In this document: positions 26,595 to 41,292 of the stretch, in pieces
Layout of the letters: every line of letters starts with the position of its first letter
How positions within the stretch are numbered: the first letter of the stretch is position 1
Source: Aplysia californica
Taxonomy: Eukaryota
Assembly (NCBI RefSeq): GCF_000002075.1
Contig: NW_004797365.1
Span: forward strand, 1,145,358-1,209,357
DNA length: 64,000 nucleotides
Direction of reading: 5' to 3'
Program-made: the position numbers and the translations under genes
The notes under the pieces: generated by a model
Databases searched by the model: none
Told to the model about the DNA's origin: nothing
Seen by the model: the letters and a program-made list of their open reading frames with translations, nothing else

Positions 26595-28663
26595 CTGTAG
26601 AGAGAACACGATGAAAAACATGAGGACAGTGATTATACATACTGTATGGACGTCACATCAGTATAAGACAAGATATGATAAGTCTAAATCTTACTGACAC
26701 TGAGGACAAGCATTGATATTGAGAAGAAAATTCTTTCCAAACTTTCTGAGGTTGTCGATTTTGAATTGTATTTCACAATAAGCCAGCTTGATAACAGCCT
26801 CCTTACTACTGGGACAGATCAGGTCAATAGTAACAGAAAAAGAAGCGCTAGAAACAGTCCACACTTGACCACCTATATTTTCACAGATATCATAAATTAA
26901 TTGCATTTGAGTTTGTTTTTTAAAATTAACCCTATCCGTACGTAATGATTTACTATCGCATCCATACGTTGTGGGGCACTCTGTACCTCCACTTTCCAAA
27001 GAAGAAATTTACTCGTTAATCCCATCCGTACCCTTTGTATAGCAGTCTGTCAAAATTATTTTTTTGAGAAATACTGAAAGTTTCAAAGAGATCTTCGTAC
27101 TAGAAGTATTCTAAAATGTGAAGAATACAACACCGGGGGTACAAAATTGTACGTGATAGTAGTTATTAAGCTTTTGTTTCATTCCAGTTTCAATCTGTAA
27201 TTTCCGACATTTCCAATACAAATATTATTACGTTCTCTCAGTATCTATTATGTTCTCTCATTATCGTTTATTCACGCTGTTCTGTTCTGTAACAATTTAT
27301 GACAGTGTGATGTCATCAATGTGTACNNNNNNNNNNNNNNNNNNNNNNNNNNNNNNNNNNNNNNNNNNNNNNNNNNNNNNNNNNNNNNNNNNNNNNNNNN
27401 NNNNNNNNNNNNNNNNNNNNNNNNNNNNNNNNNNNNNNNNNNNNNNNNNNNNNNNNNNNNNNNNNNNNNNNNNNNNNNNNNNNNNNNNNNNNNNNNNNNN
27501 NNNNNNNNNNNNNNNNNNNNNNNNNNNNNNNNNNNNNNNNNNNNNNNNNNNNNNNNNNNNNNNNNAGAGAGAGAGAAAAGAGGATTACTGTAGGAGCAGT
27601 GCGCTGTATATGTTATTTGTACTTGTATTATTGTACAGCGCATTGAGCACTTCTTTGTGGAAATGCACAATGTAAATGCAATTTATTAATATTATTTATT
27701 ATTAAGTAAGGCGGAAAACCAGTTATTTTAGTAGGGAATGTGCACAAATTGCCCTTAACTGAATTATCAGTGCTGCCCCTGGTCATATAAAAATAATATG
27801 GTTAAAAACTTAGCATCTTTCAAAGAGTTATTGAATAGTAACAACTCTCAAAGAGATGATGAGTATAAAGCAATTATTAGTAAGAATACAAAGAACCATA
27901 TTCATCAAGAAGAAACAAAGCAAGCAAATGAATATCAACAGTTTAGATCTAATTGTTAGTATTTTGTTATTTTCCTTTAGCTTTTATTACCTATTCCTAG
28001 CCCAGCGGGGAGGACATATACCATTTCCCCAAGCGCTGCACATAGAAATTAGAATTTGAAGTCATTTTTGCAGTCACCAACCCCACCAATTAATAAATGA
28101 AAGGAAGAAAACCCCACATGGGGACCCCTCCTGATCCGCAACTCAGTTCAAATGTCTAATGCTCTTTCTTAACTACAGAGCTGATGAGATTCATGTAACT
28201 TAATTGAACATTGAACACATTTATTTTTGCATTGGAGCACGAGTCAAATCAAAGAACAAATAATTAATTCTGTTTATGTGCTTGTTGGTGTGTAAGTGTC
28301 CTGTGCGGGCTCTGAAGATCTAAGTCTGATTGGCTCTACATAAGAGATTCAAGAACAAATGGTAAACTTATAAAAAGTGACTTTGGCTGTCTCTCCAAGA
28401 ACCTGAGGCTTTTCTTTCAATCTTGCATGCAAAATCCCACAAAAATCCCGGAATTCTAGACACAGGGATTACTGAAATAACATCAAACTTCATGGACCCA
28501 AAAATACAAATGTTGACTGTGCACAAAAGCATGTCATATCACTGAATGGATTGTATCCAAGGGGAGCACTTTCACTTAGTGGCCTTCACTTCATAAAACA
28601 TATTAAATTCTCTTATAAACTCAGCTGTGTTCAATCTCCATAAAGCTCAACTGGACAACGCAC

Positions 28664-28773
28664 CTGAAAGCACTGCCTTTTCCACCCATTGTCAGGAAAG
28701 AAGTGTCACTGACATTCCGTCTGTGTCGGTTCACCTTGCTATCTGCCGGAGGATTGAGTAGCACTGAGGAGGA
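28664..28773 (-). CDS. AAK1: AAK1-like exon 14 (SSSVLLNPPADSKVNRHRRNVSDTSFLTMGGKGSAFR)
   Basis: HRRxxSD motif conserved in AAK1/BMP2K; strong pyrimidine tract and CAG; GTGCGT donor. Confidence 0.9.
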
Positions 28774-30306
28774 CTGGGGAAAAAAATACAAAAGAGAAAT
28801 AAGTCAAGATAAAAGAAAGAAGAAAAACAATAACACTATTATTGATTCCAGTAGGGAATTTGGGGAAAAAAGTAACAAATAGAATTCGAGGTTCCATCAA
28901 CACCAAATGTTAAATAAAATCAGAACACACATTTTCCATAGCTGGTCACCACAGTGTAGCACTTTGTTTATGTAGAGCTAATGTGTCTTTCTCAAGGCCA
29001 CATCCAATACACAACGAACTTAAAGACTGTAACGCTTACACACTGTTCCTGGGCCTGAGCTTACTATATAAGAATGGCTTACGTTTCCCATCCAGACACG
29101 AGAATGACCATGTTCTGCCAAGAACAGATCAGGATTAAAGAAACTCTGAGAAGAAGTGGAAAGAACAGAGTTGGTACACCTGCCCTGATTAACAACTCTC
29201 ACAAAAAAAGTTTTCCTCAAGTATTGAATTGAAGTGAGGCATATCATTAGAATAGCAAAAATAATAATAACGGTAATAATAATAAAAATGCAGATCATTT
29301 CTATAGTACCCACTCCCGTAAAATACAGCAGAAGGCGATTTATTACTACCTTCATCTTAAAACAAAATACATGTATCACTTGTACATAACAGCCAATTAT
29401 ACTATCATAGTTCAATCAATGACAAAATACACATCACATATGAACATAAGTGTACTATAAATAAGAAAACTAACAGAGAGATGACATTTCATGAAGCATG
29501 CTTTTAAATTAGTTTTCAATTTTGCCTCCTACTTCTTATCTTCTTTGAATCATCAAACAGAAAGGAGAAAAGGTAAGTTGAAGAACAGAGAGAACAGTTT
29601 GAGGGGGGAACAAACAAGCTTTTGTTTGTGACAGCTACCAAAAAGCAAACGGGCGCTATAACTGCTATTTCGTGTCACAGATGTACACAAGCAACAGATG
29701 GACAGGGGCCATATAGTATATAACGGTAGTGAACAGGCTGCAAGAAAAAGAGGTAGAAATAAAACCAAATCAACTGCATTAAGATGTGAAAGAAGATAAG
29801 ATATATATCCAAAGACATAGAAGACATTGAGAGCATGGAACTCACAGTAATAACACAGAAGACAATTGAAGTACTAGACTACACTGCAATAAGCACTAAC
29901 AAGTTAAGTTTAGAAAGCAGGAGCACATCGGTACAATAATGGTAATCAAGCAAAGGAAGAAAGCAATTATGCTCTACAACCACCCATGCCACTAATGAGT
30001 AGTTGGAAAACAACGGCAAAAATCAACAAAAACAGCAACACTAGTAAAAATAATATCACATTTTACTAGTTAAGAGGTAAAACTCTTTCCCTCAAAATCA
30101 ACCCATATACTACGTCAGAGTATCTTTGGCACAACACAAATTAAGACATTTTGCACCTTCCTCATCTGCGAAATATGATGTCACTTGCAGAGAAATGAAA
30201 CAAATAGCTGAAAGATACCTCGTTTGCATACTCATAGCCAAGAGATGAGTAAAAAATTTTCTAGTGTGCAGACCATGATGAAAAGAAAAAACCCAAAACA
30301 AAACTT

Positions 30307-31165
30307 AGGAAAACAACAGAGGATACATCAAGAGGCAAAAGGTGGACCCTCTTCTCCACCCTCGAGGATCTTGACTTTGCCGACAACCTTGCACTACTCT
30401 CCCATACCAAACAGCACATGCAGGAAAAATCAAACCGAGTCCACAAATACGGACGCCAGATTGGGTTAAGAAAAAGCCAGAAGAAGGCAGAAGTGATGAC
30501 ACTGAATGTAGGCTCCCCAACGCCGATTAGGGTGAACAACACAAACCTCCCTATAACAGACACATTTACCTACCTAGGCAGCATAATCAAAATTGACGGC
30601 GGCAAAAAGGAAGACATCATGAACAGACTCAGCAAGGCAAGAACTGTACACAGAAGTATGATCAACATCTGGAAGTCAGGACACTTTTGTATACAAACCA
30701 AGTTGAAGCTGTATAACAGCTGTGTACTATCCACACTCCTAAATGGAGCTGAAAGCTGGAGCATGACTGATCATGACCGTACCAAGCTATCTTCCTTTCA
30801 TACAACCAGCTTACGCCAAATCCTCAGAATCTTCTGGCCTGACAAGATTTCCAACGCAGATCTGTTACGTAAATGTAAGCAAGAGGACATGACCACCATA
30901 ATAAAAAGGAGAAGATGGAGATGGATTGGACATGTTCTGAGAAGAGAACCAGACACTATTGTGAAGACTGCCCTCCACTGGACACCCAAAGGACGTCGCA
31001 AAAGGGGCAGACCCAAAGCAACCTGAACACGCACAGTAGAGTCTGAAATGAAGTCCTGGAATCATTCGTGGGGAACGCTGACCAAGATGGCCCAAAACAG
31101 ACAGAGCTGGAGATCCTTTGTTGCTGCCCTAAACGCCAGGTGGCGTAATGGGTAGTAAGTAAGTA
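30307..31165 (+). mobile_element. 5'-truncated RTE-clade LINE, same family as 61998-63706
   Basis: LEDLDFADNL, FTYLGS, RWRWIGHVLR; tail GTAGTAAGTAAGTA; imperfect TSD AAAACTTAGG/AAAACTAAGG; visibly near-identical to the 62-kb copy. Confidence 0.93.
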
Positions 31166-31275
31166 AAAACTAAGGGCAAAACAATCAAAATAAATCACTG
31201 CATGGAAGTGGGCATGGCTGAGCCAGTCACAGAAATAAACAATCCACATCGTACTGCACAACACAGAACACTTAC

Positions 31276-31428
31276 CGGGGTCTGTTCTGAAGAGCTTAGC
31301 TGTTTCGAATATGGTGGTTTCGGTCGCTTGAAAGAATGATCACTGTGAGAATGCGAGACACTGTCAAATTTTGCCTTGTTCCCAGCATTAATATCATCTT
31401 CAATCTGAATCAGCTGGCCCGTCTTCAC
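31276..31428 (-). CDS. AAK1: AAK1-like exon 13 (VKTGQLIQIEDDINAGNKAKF...SSEQTP)
   Basis: Open in phase 0, 153 nt; TAG/GTAAGT. Confidence 0.8.
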
Positions 31429-32381
31429 CTAAATACAAAAAGTGTGACATCATCCATAAAATAAATTCAATCTCAATACCTCCCTCTATTCCACCCTCAA
31501 TATGGAAAAACAAACAGAAAAAAAACTGTAAAATTTTACAATACTATAGGATGCACTGAAAGTTGAAAAACAAAATGAGAATTGGAATAAATCTGTAATA
31601 ACAAGAGGGCTGCAGATGAAAAAAAAATGTAGAACAGGAATGATAGTGAGGTCTTTACTAATATCTTTGAAACATAGAAAAGAAATCAACATAGAAACAT
31701 AATTTTTGGCATTCTGTTCTCTTGACACCTGCATTCTTTTTACAAAAACATAAATGAATATTACACAGACAAAAATGGCAATAAAAATAATAAATATGAT
31801 AACAATGCTACCAACAGTGACAATAATATAATAAAGAAAATTACAATCTTCAACTGTTGCAGCTCTCATTCCCTTGAACATTTATATAGGTACCGAAATT
31901 AGTCAACACAAATACACACCCAAACAACAGCATACACATAAGTCTTCATTTGCACTATTCTCTACGAAGTTTGTCCTCATAATTACATGCCTGCTCGCAT
32001 GCATGTATGTACTCATGCACGCACACGCACACACACACATACACACAAGGCTCTTGTCAAGATCATGAATTAGAAGAAAACAATATGTGAGGCATCGTGG
32101 TGAAATCAGGCGCTCTTTATAATAATAAAATCGAAGATACTGGCATTTCGGTTTGCAAATTTTGAATAAATTTTTGCTTTTTTCCTCAACACCTTTCATG
32201 CCCATTTAAAAACACATCTATAAGTGGATCTTACTGAAAAACGTTTAGCAAAGGCACGAAAAATGTAAATATTCAGTTTAGAAAGACTTTCAAGTTATAG
32301 AAATCAACAAACTTCGAAGGCCATTTTCTCTGTAATTTTACCTCTGAAACCAAGCTACCCCCACCTCTTTCAACCATAAAT

Positions 32382-32607
32382 ATATGCGAGGTATGCTGAC
32401 AAAATGAGTTATTTCTCAGATTTTAGCCTTATGGAAATTAATACATCAACTTTATTGGTGAAGTTTGTACAATTTGTAAGTTTGGAACAATATAAGACAT
32501 GGTAGAATTTAACGAAATAAATAAATCTGACTCCAGTGTCGATTATCGGCCAATATCTTCATTCTTCGATTGGGAGAAGTAACTCATTTTGTCAGTACGC
32601 CTCATAT
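32382..32607. mobile_element. Short MITE, TIR GAGG(T/C)(A/G)T(G/A)CTGACAAAATGAGTTA
   Basis: About 28-bp inverted repeat at both ends, TA-rich flanks. Confidence 0.65.
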
Positions 32608-33135
32608 ATTGACTTCAATTCAAGATGGATTGGCATTTTTTTCACAGAAAAATAAAAAAATAAATAAGCTTTAAGATGACACCAATAACTCACTGCGTCG
32701 TGACACATATTTATCTGACAATAAGGCAACTTTTAACAAAATCGTTTTCTTTTTTTGTTTTGGCAAAACACCTATAATGTCCATTTAAAAGCACATTTCT
32801 GTGGGCATTTTAATTAAAAATGATTACAAAAAAATGTTAATTTGCAGTTTCCTAGGTCACTCAAGCTTTTGAAGTTACGAAACTTTGGGGCAATACTCTC
32901 GAGATTCACCTCTGACACATGATGACCCCTACCTTCTTCATTGCAAATATCTTGACTTCTTTTCAAGATAGATTGGGTTTTTTCAATCAAAAGAAAGACA
33001 AACGTACAAGCTATAAGATAATACCAGTAACTCCAATGGCCCAAGAATAGATGAGAGGCTGAAAACATTGCGTCCTGACACCAATAATATGTTCCGTGCA
33101 ACCATGACACAGAAACTCACTACTGCCTCACTTAC

Positions 33136-33366
33136 AGCATTGTTGGCCAGCCTCTCTCCAGAGGCTCCTTTGTCTCCGTGGGGAGCAGTGAATGTATTTG
33201 ACAGCTTCTGCTGCTGCTGTAATTGCTGTTGCTGCTGTAAATGTTGTTGTTGCTGTAACTGGTGCTGTTGCTGCTGTAGTTGTTGCTGTTGCAGCTGCAG
33301 CTGTTGTTGCTGTATCTGCTGTTGTTGAACAGCATTCGGATACATCTGGTACATTCCTACAGGATG
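33136..33366 (-). CDS. AAK1: AAK1-like exon 12, polyglutamine tract (HPVGMYQMYPNAVQQQQ...ERLANNA)
   Basis: CAG/CAA codon run; CAG acceptor, GTAAGT donor (alternative in-frame donor at 33121); Q-rich region as in AAK1/BMP2K. Confidence 0.87.
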
Positions 33367-35181
33367 CTGAAACAAAAGAAGACAAACCGTGAGCTGCTAC
33401 TCCAGATTTTCCACAAAAGTGAGGTGGTGATCATAGGCTGGTCCACAAAACAGGGAACATTTGACTTTTTATTCTTCTTCTAAGAAAATGGTTTGCTTCG
33501 GGCGTTAAAAGTGATATCAATGCTATAGTAAATCTAGTTTATTGAGTAAAGAATGTTTAGTTTTAGTAAGTGTTTTACAGCACTTGCAACACAATATAAG
33601 GTCATATAAGTGCTGAAGATTAGAGGTGTTACAAGGGAGTATCAAACAAAAACAGGAGGGGAGATAGTTTTAGTTTCAGTAGAGGTTTTACGGCACTCGC
33701 AACTGCATAAGGTCATATGAGCGCCAGAAGATTAGAGATGTTACAAAAGAGTAACAAACATAAAAAAGAAGAAGGGGAGAAAAGGACAATAGATGTTTGA
33801 TAGGAAAGAAGAAGCAAACCACACCAGAGCACCCGCCAACCACCCACTGAATAAAGAGAAGCACATTGACATAAAACCAATCAATTAGTCATGGGGAAAA
33901 AACAAGAAAGACAGAAACTAGAGAAAAGAAAAGAGAAATTAAAGAAGTAGGATCTACTAGTGACTCCTCTTACCAACTAAAAATGTGAAAAATAGACACC
34001 ACATGCAAGCAGACAGGTTGTGAGTGTATTCCAGAAGCGTTAGGATACAAGAAGAACTGGAATTGAAAAGGCAGTCTTTTTTTAAGCTGATGCTAAATAA
34101 GAACGTCATTTTTATCCACCAAACAAGGATCTGAAACATCAAAAACTTCTGTCCCTCGGAAAACTCCTGAACTCCTTATCTCTAGCAAGCCGTTCCCAGT
34201 GGCTTGTGGTTGGAACCGTTGTGCCGGTGAGCCGCTGTGGCTCAGGCACATTCCTTTACAACGATTTCGACATCAAATTACTTTTCAGCAATTGCAGGAA
34301 ATAGGTCTCTTTTACTGGGAGTTCATTCATTAGATGAAAGACTATCAAAATAGGTTCACTTGTTTCGATTCAATGACCCATTTAGTGACGTTTTTGTCAT
34401 CTTTAGATTTAGTACCAAAACAGGGCCCCTGCATAGTGGGTTTACCACCCTCGGAGATAATGATTTTAAAAAATCCTACAGGAAGCCACCCAGTTCAGCC
34501 ATAGTTTGCAACCACTCAGCAGTTTTATCTGTTGCACTTCGCTTTGCCAGTAAAAGACACCAAACAGAAGTACAGGATGCAGACCACATTAGAACACCCA
34601 CAAACCAGCCACACTAGAAACAAAGCAAAACACTAACTTAAAAACACTAAACAAAGAAAATTTTTTAAAGTTTTAGTAAGTGTTTTACGGCACTTGCAAC
34701 TCAATAAGGTAATATAAGTGCCGAAGATCAGAGACGCTACAAGAGAGTAACAACCACAAAAAAGAAGGAGGGTAGATGAGGACGATAGATGTTTGATAGG
34801 AAAGAATGGAGACGTAGAAAATGCAGACCACATCAGAGCGCCTACAAATCAACCACCCCAACTAGAAACAGAACACAACACCACAAACGTAACAAACCTA
34901 ATAAAAAAAAAAAGAAAAAAAAAAAGGAAAAGACGCCGCAGACACCGACCACAGTACAGCACCCAAAACTTGAAACAGACCATAACACAACAAATGAAAC
35001 AAATGTAACGGTGCGAAACAGAAAAAAAATAAAAAGATATAGAGGATGCAGTTCCTATCAAAGAAACCCCCCAAAAACCCACCAGCACTAACAACATGCA
35101 TTAACGTAAAAATTAAAAATAAAATAATAACGAACTTAAGCAAAAATGAACAAACAAAAGATGGTCAACAAAAATACGTAC

Positions 35182-35366
35182 TTGTGGCGGCATGAACTGC
35201 TGCTGCTGATGGGCATAGAAAGACTGGGCAGACTGAGGGGCTGGGACATTAGCCTGAGGGACGCTGGCCAGTGGAGATGTTTGCTGTGGGCTCGGGTACA
35301 TCGGGGACACGGCCACGCCCACCTGCCCTGGGTACTGGGGGGACGGGATGGGCTGAGGACCGACAT
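35182..35366 (-). CDS. AAK1: AAK1-like exon 11, P/Q-rich (DVGPQPIPSPQYPG...QQQQFMPPQ)
   Basis: GC-rich open frame; CAG/GTACGT; phase 1 to 0. Confidence 0.87.
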
Positions 35367-36664
35367 CTGAAACACCAAAGAACAGATAAAATTGGGGCTA
35401 GTCAGTGATACTTCTCACATACAAGCACACTTATGGCGTCATGTTCTATAACACAGTAAGAAATAAGGAGAACATTTTCTCTCTTAAAGCACTGCTCATA
35501 TTGATTTCGGGTTCTCAAAAATTTTTATTTTAAAAGTCAGCATGCACTATAAATAGTATAGGATTACTGAAGGTAAAACTTTTGTGTTTACATTCATCGA
35601 TTAAGTTAAAATGTTCTTGTTTTTGAGGGGTTTTTTGCCTGTTGTTAGATTTCAACACCTACAGTACCATTAGCGACTTTAGTCGCAGATGCAACCAGGC
35701 ACACTAAACATAATTAAACAACGAATGGATGCACTGCACTGAAGTAAATACCAAAGGAAGTCACTCTATATGATAGCTGAATGGTTGATAAACCTCTATG
35801 AACTCTTATAGCGTGTTTCTTGGGCTGCCAAGTTTTTTTTTAATCAGAAAAGATTCTACCACGGCTCAAGCATTCTAAATTGGTGTGGTATTTGAGGTTT
35901 TTTTTACTATATGAGCCTTCGGCACTGTAAATGTTAATGAAACCAATTACACAGTCAGAACACAACACCATTACTGTACTGTCATGTTGATGGCAGTTAT
36001 ATAACTAAAACTGTTATTACAGTCTAAATAGCATTATGGTAAGCCAGTAGCCACCATTGACTCCCTATAACAGGAAAAATGTGACGTCAGCATTCGTCAT
36101 TAAATCTGACATTACCATTCCATTGAGGAATTAACATTTTGTTCTTCTATACAAGTTGAGAAGAAGCAAAACAATCCTAGGAAAAATTTTGAATTATGAC
36201 TTTGTCGTCACATGTCAGAGTAGCGAATCAGATCACTACAATTACAATGTCTTGCCAAAAGAATCGACTTATTTAAGTTAACCAAAGCACATCAATACAA
36301 TGACTGTTATTACAGATTGGAAAAAGCAAGATAGACGAACAGAAACAACAAAACAGAAGGAAAGTAAAGAAACAAACTATTACAGCAAAAGAGCTGTAGG
36401 CAAGCAAACGAACACTTCAAATTCTTTGCGAAAAGACAAACAAAAAAAAAAGATGAAAAACACATGAACTCAAAAATAATTATTGAAGCTCAAACAAAAC
36501 TTAAAACATGATAAATAGAAATGAAACAGGGTGTGCAAAGAAGTAAGACCCATAAATTATATTATACCTTCTGTCCCATACATACACAGAAAACCACTGA
36601 GTAAATCACACTTAGAATCCCCCCCAAAAAACATGTGGTGGGGGGGTGTAGAAGTTTAACTCAC

Positions 36665-36822
36665 CGACTGGTGTGTTTGGATTGCTGGCGGTGGGGCGGC
36701 GTCTAGGAGCTATGGAGGTCTGTATAGGAAGTCCCAGAGTGGCTGTGGTAGCAGCGGCTTGACCCCGCGGCCTTTGCCTGGGCGCCACTGTAGTCCCCTC
36801 CATGTTGGGTGTACCGGAACTA
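36665..36822 (-). CDS. AAK1: AAK1-like exon 10 (SSGTPNMEGTTVAPRQRPRGQ...IQTSIAPRRRPTASNPNTPV)
   Basis: T.VAPRQRP motif matches AAK1 TSIAPRQRPK; CAG/GTGAG; phase-compatible. Confidence 0.9.
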
Positions 36823-37590
36823 CTGTCAGAGGATACAGAAAAAGGTTGGGTTTGACAAGATACAAACCAAAGATTTCTGGGCAGAAAAGACAAGACCTAA
36901 AGAGGGAGACACTGCTGAGGTGACAAAAATGGTTAAATTACTGCTGAAGCACAGTGCTGAATTGAGTTCCTGGTAATAAAAGGGTTTAGTTAAGATATTC
37001 CGGAGGAGTCTTCGATTCTTCAATAGTTTCAATCCCAACTGGTTGCTACACAAGGTCTGACGGGGGCTGTAAGTTTGTGAAATCATGTATATTAAATTAC
37101 TCGCTTATTTTTCGCACAATATCATTGAGTTTAGCAACAATATATACGAACCAAAGTAAGAAATATTTTTGTGTACTTAATTCTTATGTTTTGATAGGCA
37201 CATAAGTGGAAGAAAATTTTGGTGAAAAAATAATCCTGTTCCCATTTTTTTTTTTTAATTGATCAAAACCTTACACAAAGTAAATTTCTGTTCTACACAC
37301 AAATCTCTCTGAAAATAGGAGCACCAACTATATACAACCGTGAGCAAAAGTAAGGGCAATAGGCATCAGGCATGTTCTTCCCTAAACAATGACTAAGTAT
37401 GTGCTATAAACATTTTTTAAATCTTAAGGGAGTTTAAGACGAGTAAAAGGCTTTCTTTATTTTACAAGATATTATTGCCAAATGAAAATCTAATGCAATC
37501 AGCACAAAAAGTGATTTTATTTCAAAAAGTGAAAGTCATTCTCAATTCAACCCGTTGAGTCTCAAACACCAAAGTATGCAGATTACTTAC

Positions 37591-37682
37591 ATGTCAGATT
37601 TCTGAGAGGTTGACTTGATTTGCTTTGCTTCTGTTTCTGTGATAGGACTTGGCAAACTTTTGAGATCAGGCACACGGGTGGA
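37591..37682 (-). CDS. AAK1: AAK1-like exon 9 (STRVPDLKSLPSPITETEAKQIKSTSQKSD)
   Basis: LP.P.T.TEA post-kinase motif; TAG/GTAAGT; enters in phase 0, exits in phase 2. Confidence 0.85.
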
Positions 37683-38300
37683 CTATAAAGACAATAATAA
37701 AGTGCACCTGTAATTTATACAGCCACAATATTGAAGCTCATACACACACACAAACAAACAAAAAATCTGAAGCAAACACTGCATTGTAGACGGGTTAGAC
37801 AAAGGCATGGTAAAATAGTCAAAATAAGTAATACCAGTCACAACTTCTCAAAGATGGGTGTAAAAAAAGACTGTTAGACTCCAACATACATCATACAAGC
37901 ATTCGCACACACCTCAAAGAAGATCTAGTCATATAAAAAGGAGAACTGTATCACTTGATGATGGCATGTCCAGAGAAGATTTTTTTTGTGTAATTGCAAA
38001 GAGAGCAATACTTAAAGCTCTGTCCTCACATTCAAACTCATTTCTGCTGGAAACTAATGTCCACATCCAGAAACCTTAAAAAAAAAACACATCCATAAAA
38101 ATCCAGAGTTCTGTAACAAGCTGAATCTTGAAAACTAGACTTCTTTTATGAAAAAAGATAACGCCCAAAAAGTGCACATTTATAATACACTGAAACATTG
38201 AAGTGTACCATAAACTCCTCTCACGTTCTGGGACATAACATTTATTTTTAAGAAAAGGAAAAAAAAGTCCCACAAAAATAATGCAATAACAATATCTTAC

Positions 38301-38404
38301 ATTCATATTTGGCACTGGATTCGGTCGTCCAGTAATCTGGAAGGCAACACTTGACACTTGAAATATGTCAGGTCTCTTTACAGGATCCTTTTCAAGCATA
38401 AAGG
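38301..38404 (-). CDS. AAK1: AAK1-like exon 8 (AFMLEKDPVKRPDIFQVSSVAFQITGRPNPVPNMN)
   Basis: End of kinase domain, DP..RPDI.QV; CAG/GTAAG; 104 nt. Confidence 0.95.
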
Positions 38405-39102
38405 CTGTTGAAAGGAGAAATGTTGAAGACAAAATTATACATATTTTATCATATGTAATCTGTCAATAGCATGCATTTTGTTAGACAAATCAACTGCATC
38501 TTTTTTCTTCTGTAACTACATAATATGGGGCTGGATGGGAACAAAAAGATAAATAAAATCCAAAGGAGGACATTACAAATGATAAAAAATAAATGAAAAA
38601 AACCCCTACATTTTATTGATCCCCGTTGGGAAATTCGGGTTACGATGGCAAACATACATGTATATATAAATAAACAACTAGAAATACACAATGTACATAA
38701 ATATGCAATATTATACCAATACAGAACAACTTCACAAACATGCAGTTGCTGGTCGCCACTGTGCAGCGCTCAGGGCTTTTTTTTACCTAAGGTAGTCGTA
38801 TCCTGCTCAAGGACATACCCCGGTGATGCCCATGTAAACCCTGTGTCACTGACACTTGCTCAACATTACTTTTGAGTCTGAACTCGCTACTCAACTAGCC
38901 TCTGGAGCTCCCATTTCAATCTAAACAGAAAAAAACAAACCAAAACACTAAGAAAAACAGCAAACTATAGCAAAATAATGTGGCCTTAGGAGACTCAAAT
39001 CATGTATGAAAGAATTATAAAAGAAAACAGTTCTTCATAGATATTTGAGTCACTGGGTCCGTATATCAATTACACCAAGAAGACAAGACTTACACGTATT
39101 TA

Positions 39103-39360
<258 letters not shown>

Positions 39361-39401
39361 CTATCCATCCTTTATACACACATTTCAGAACAGAATAAAT
39401 C

Positions 39402-39510
39402 CACATTTTCCAAATGACCAAATAAACTAGCCAAGACAGGAGCCCATTACATTCTTCACATTTTCCAAATGACCAAATAAACTAGCCAAGACAGGAGCCC
39501 ATTACATTCT
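39402..39510. repeat. Direct tandem duplication, 55-bp unit x2
   Basis: CACATTTTCCAAATGACCAAATAAACTAGCCAAGACAGGAGCCCATTACATTCT occurs twice. Confidence 0.9.
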
Positions 39511-40427
39511 CCACCACTGAGGACTACATGACATCAGAGCTACATTTTTTCCCTTTGAGATCTGAGAAAAGAGAAGTACATTGATATGATAAGTGTTATT
39601 TAGTGCCAGGGCAAAGTAAGACAGATAGACAAAAATTAGGGGGAAAGAAAAGCTGCCAGTGGCAAATTCCGATCTGATGTTCCTTCAAGTTCAAACACAT
39701 AAATAGCACACTATGAAACTAAATGATAATAAAATAAACTTGCACCTTACACAACATATTTAATAAAAAAGGAAAAATTCCACGCCTCAGTGGGCTTACA
39801 ACAACAATTATTAGATATTTAACTGTGTACGCATCTATTGTTTTAGTAAGGTTTTACGGCGCTCGCAACTGCATAAGAGCGTCAAGGGGTAGATGTCAGC
39901 AGGTAATCGTGCTTACTCTGCTCAATTCTCTAGCTTCAATAGCAAAAAGTCTGCTTCGACTATCAAGGCACCCCGGAAATAGCAGGTCACAAGAGTGTGA
40001 CAAACTTACAAAAGAAGTAGTGGAAAAATGACGATAGTAGGGATTATGAAAGAAAAAGCAGTAGTTCCCTTTTGCAGTTCAGGCACAGTTATGAGCATGA
40101 GATTGATGAATCAGCCCATTTACAATTTTACTGTGCATAACAACATGTTAATGTCCCCCCTGTGGGAATGGCTTAAAGACACTTCAGTCAGTAGCAACCA
40201 ATAGTTTTAAATTTACTGGCCTCAGGACCACGAATATTCCTGAACCTCAATCTCAATCTTCCTGTTAAGGCCAAACCAGACAGACTGGGTAACAAGATCC
40301 CAACTGACGGAGATATTCTATAACAAAAAAAAAAAAATGTTCCAGACTTGATGGATAGAATCACAACTTCTGCAATCAATACAATAGAGTTAAACAGATG
40401 TCGGTTAATTCTCTCTCCCTGAGCTTA

Positions 40428-40652
<225 letters not shown>

Positions 40653-40777
40653 CTACAAGCAATGCAAATAATAAAATAGATACATGTTGAGTGCAGAAAG
40701 ACACAGTGATTAACGAATTCCTGAAACCTGTGAATAAAAATTATATGATGAAAAAACTCCACAATATATTTTCTTAA

Positions 40778-41292
40778 CCATAAAGGCATAACGGCCATAT
40801 ATGGGGTGTAAGCGCGGCTACCCAGGAAGCATGACAGACGTTTTTCTAGGGGCGACCTACTTCGCGGGAATCGCACAGGCCTTATATAAAGGGCACAGAC
40901 CCTGACCTTCTTTGATGGAAAATTTCAGAATTCCTTGCATGCAAAATGACATAGTAAATTTCAGGTCAAAGTTATAAATAGTGACCAATGAGTTTGCAAG
41001 TTATTTTGGCCCAGATATCGATCGATAAGGTGACGCAGTCCACTGGAACGACTACACACTATGTGTTTATCACTCGTTACGCTGTGCTGCTTCACTAATC
41101 ATGGACTTCCTCGTGTTTTGCGCTTTGTTTGTAACACTTACTATTTTTGAATGGCTCATTCTATTAGCTTTAAGAAAAGATAAGATGATGTCTTTTTTCA
41201 TCTGTTGAGCAGTAAATGGTCATTTTTCAGTCAGGTATAAATTTCAGCTGAAACCCCCACCAAACCCCGATGTTTACAAACAATTGTAAGGG
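40778..41292. mobile_element. piggyBac-like MITE, same family as 47516-48782
   Basis: TTAA-CC ... GGG-TTAA; shared GACCTACTTC, TATATAAAGGGCA and GTTATAAATAGTGACCAATG blocks. Confidence 0.65.

Noticed and set aside
30110-30190. Possible micro-exon after TTTCGCAG on the minus strand
   Set aside because: The phase-0 reading hits a stop unless a weak GTGCAA donor is used, and exons 13 and 14 already join in frame.
33068-33392. Poly-Cys, poly-Ala/Thr and poly-Leu ORFs
   Set aside because: Alternative frames and strand of the polyQ exon.
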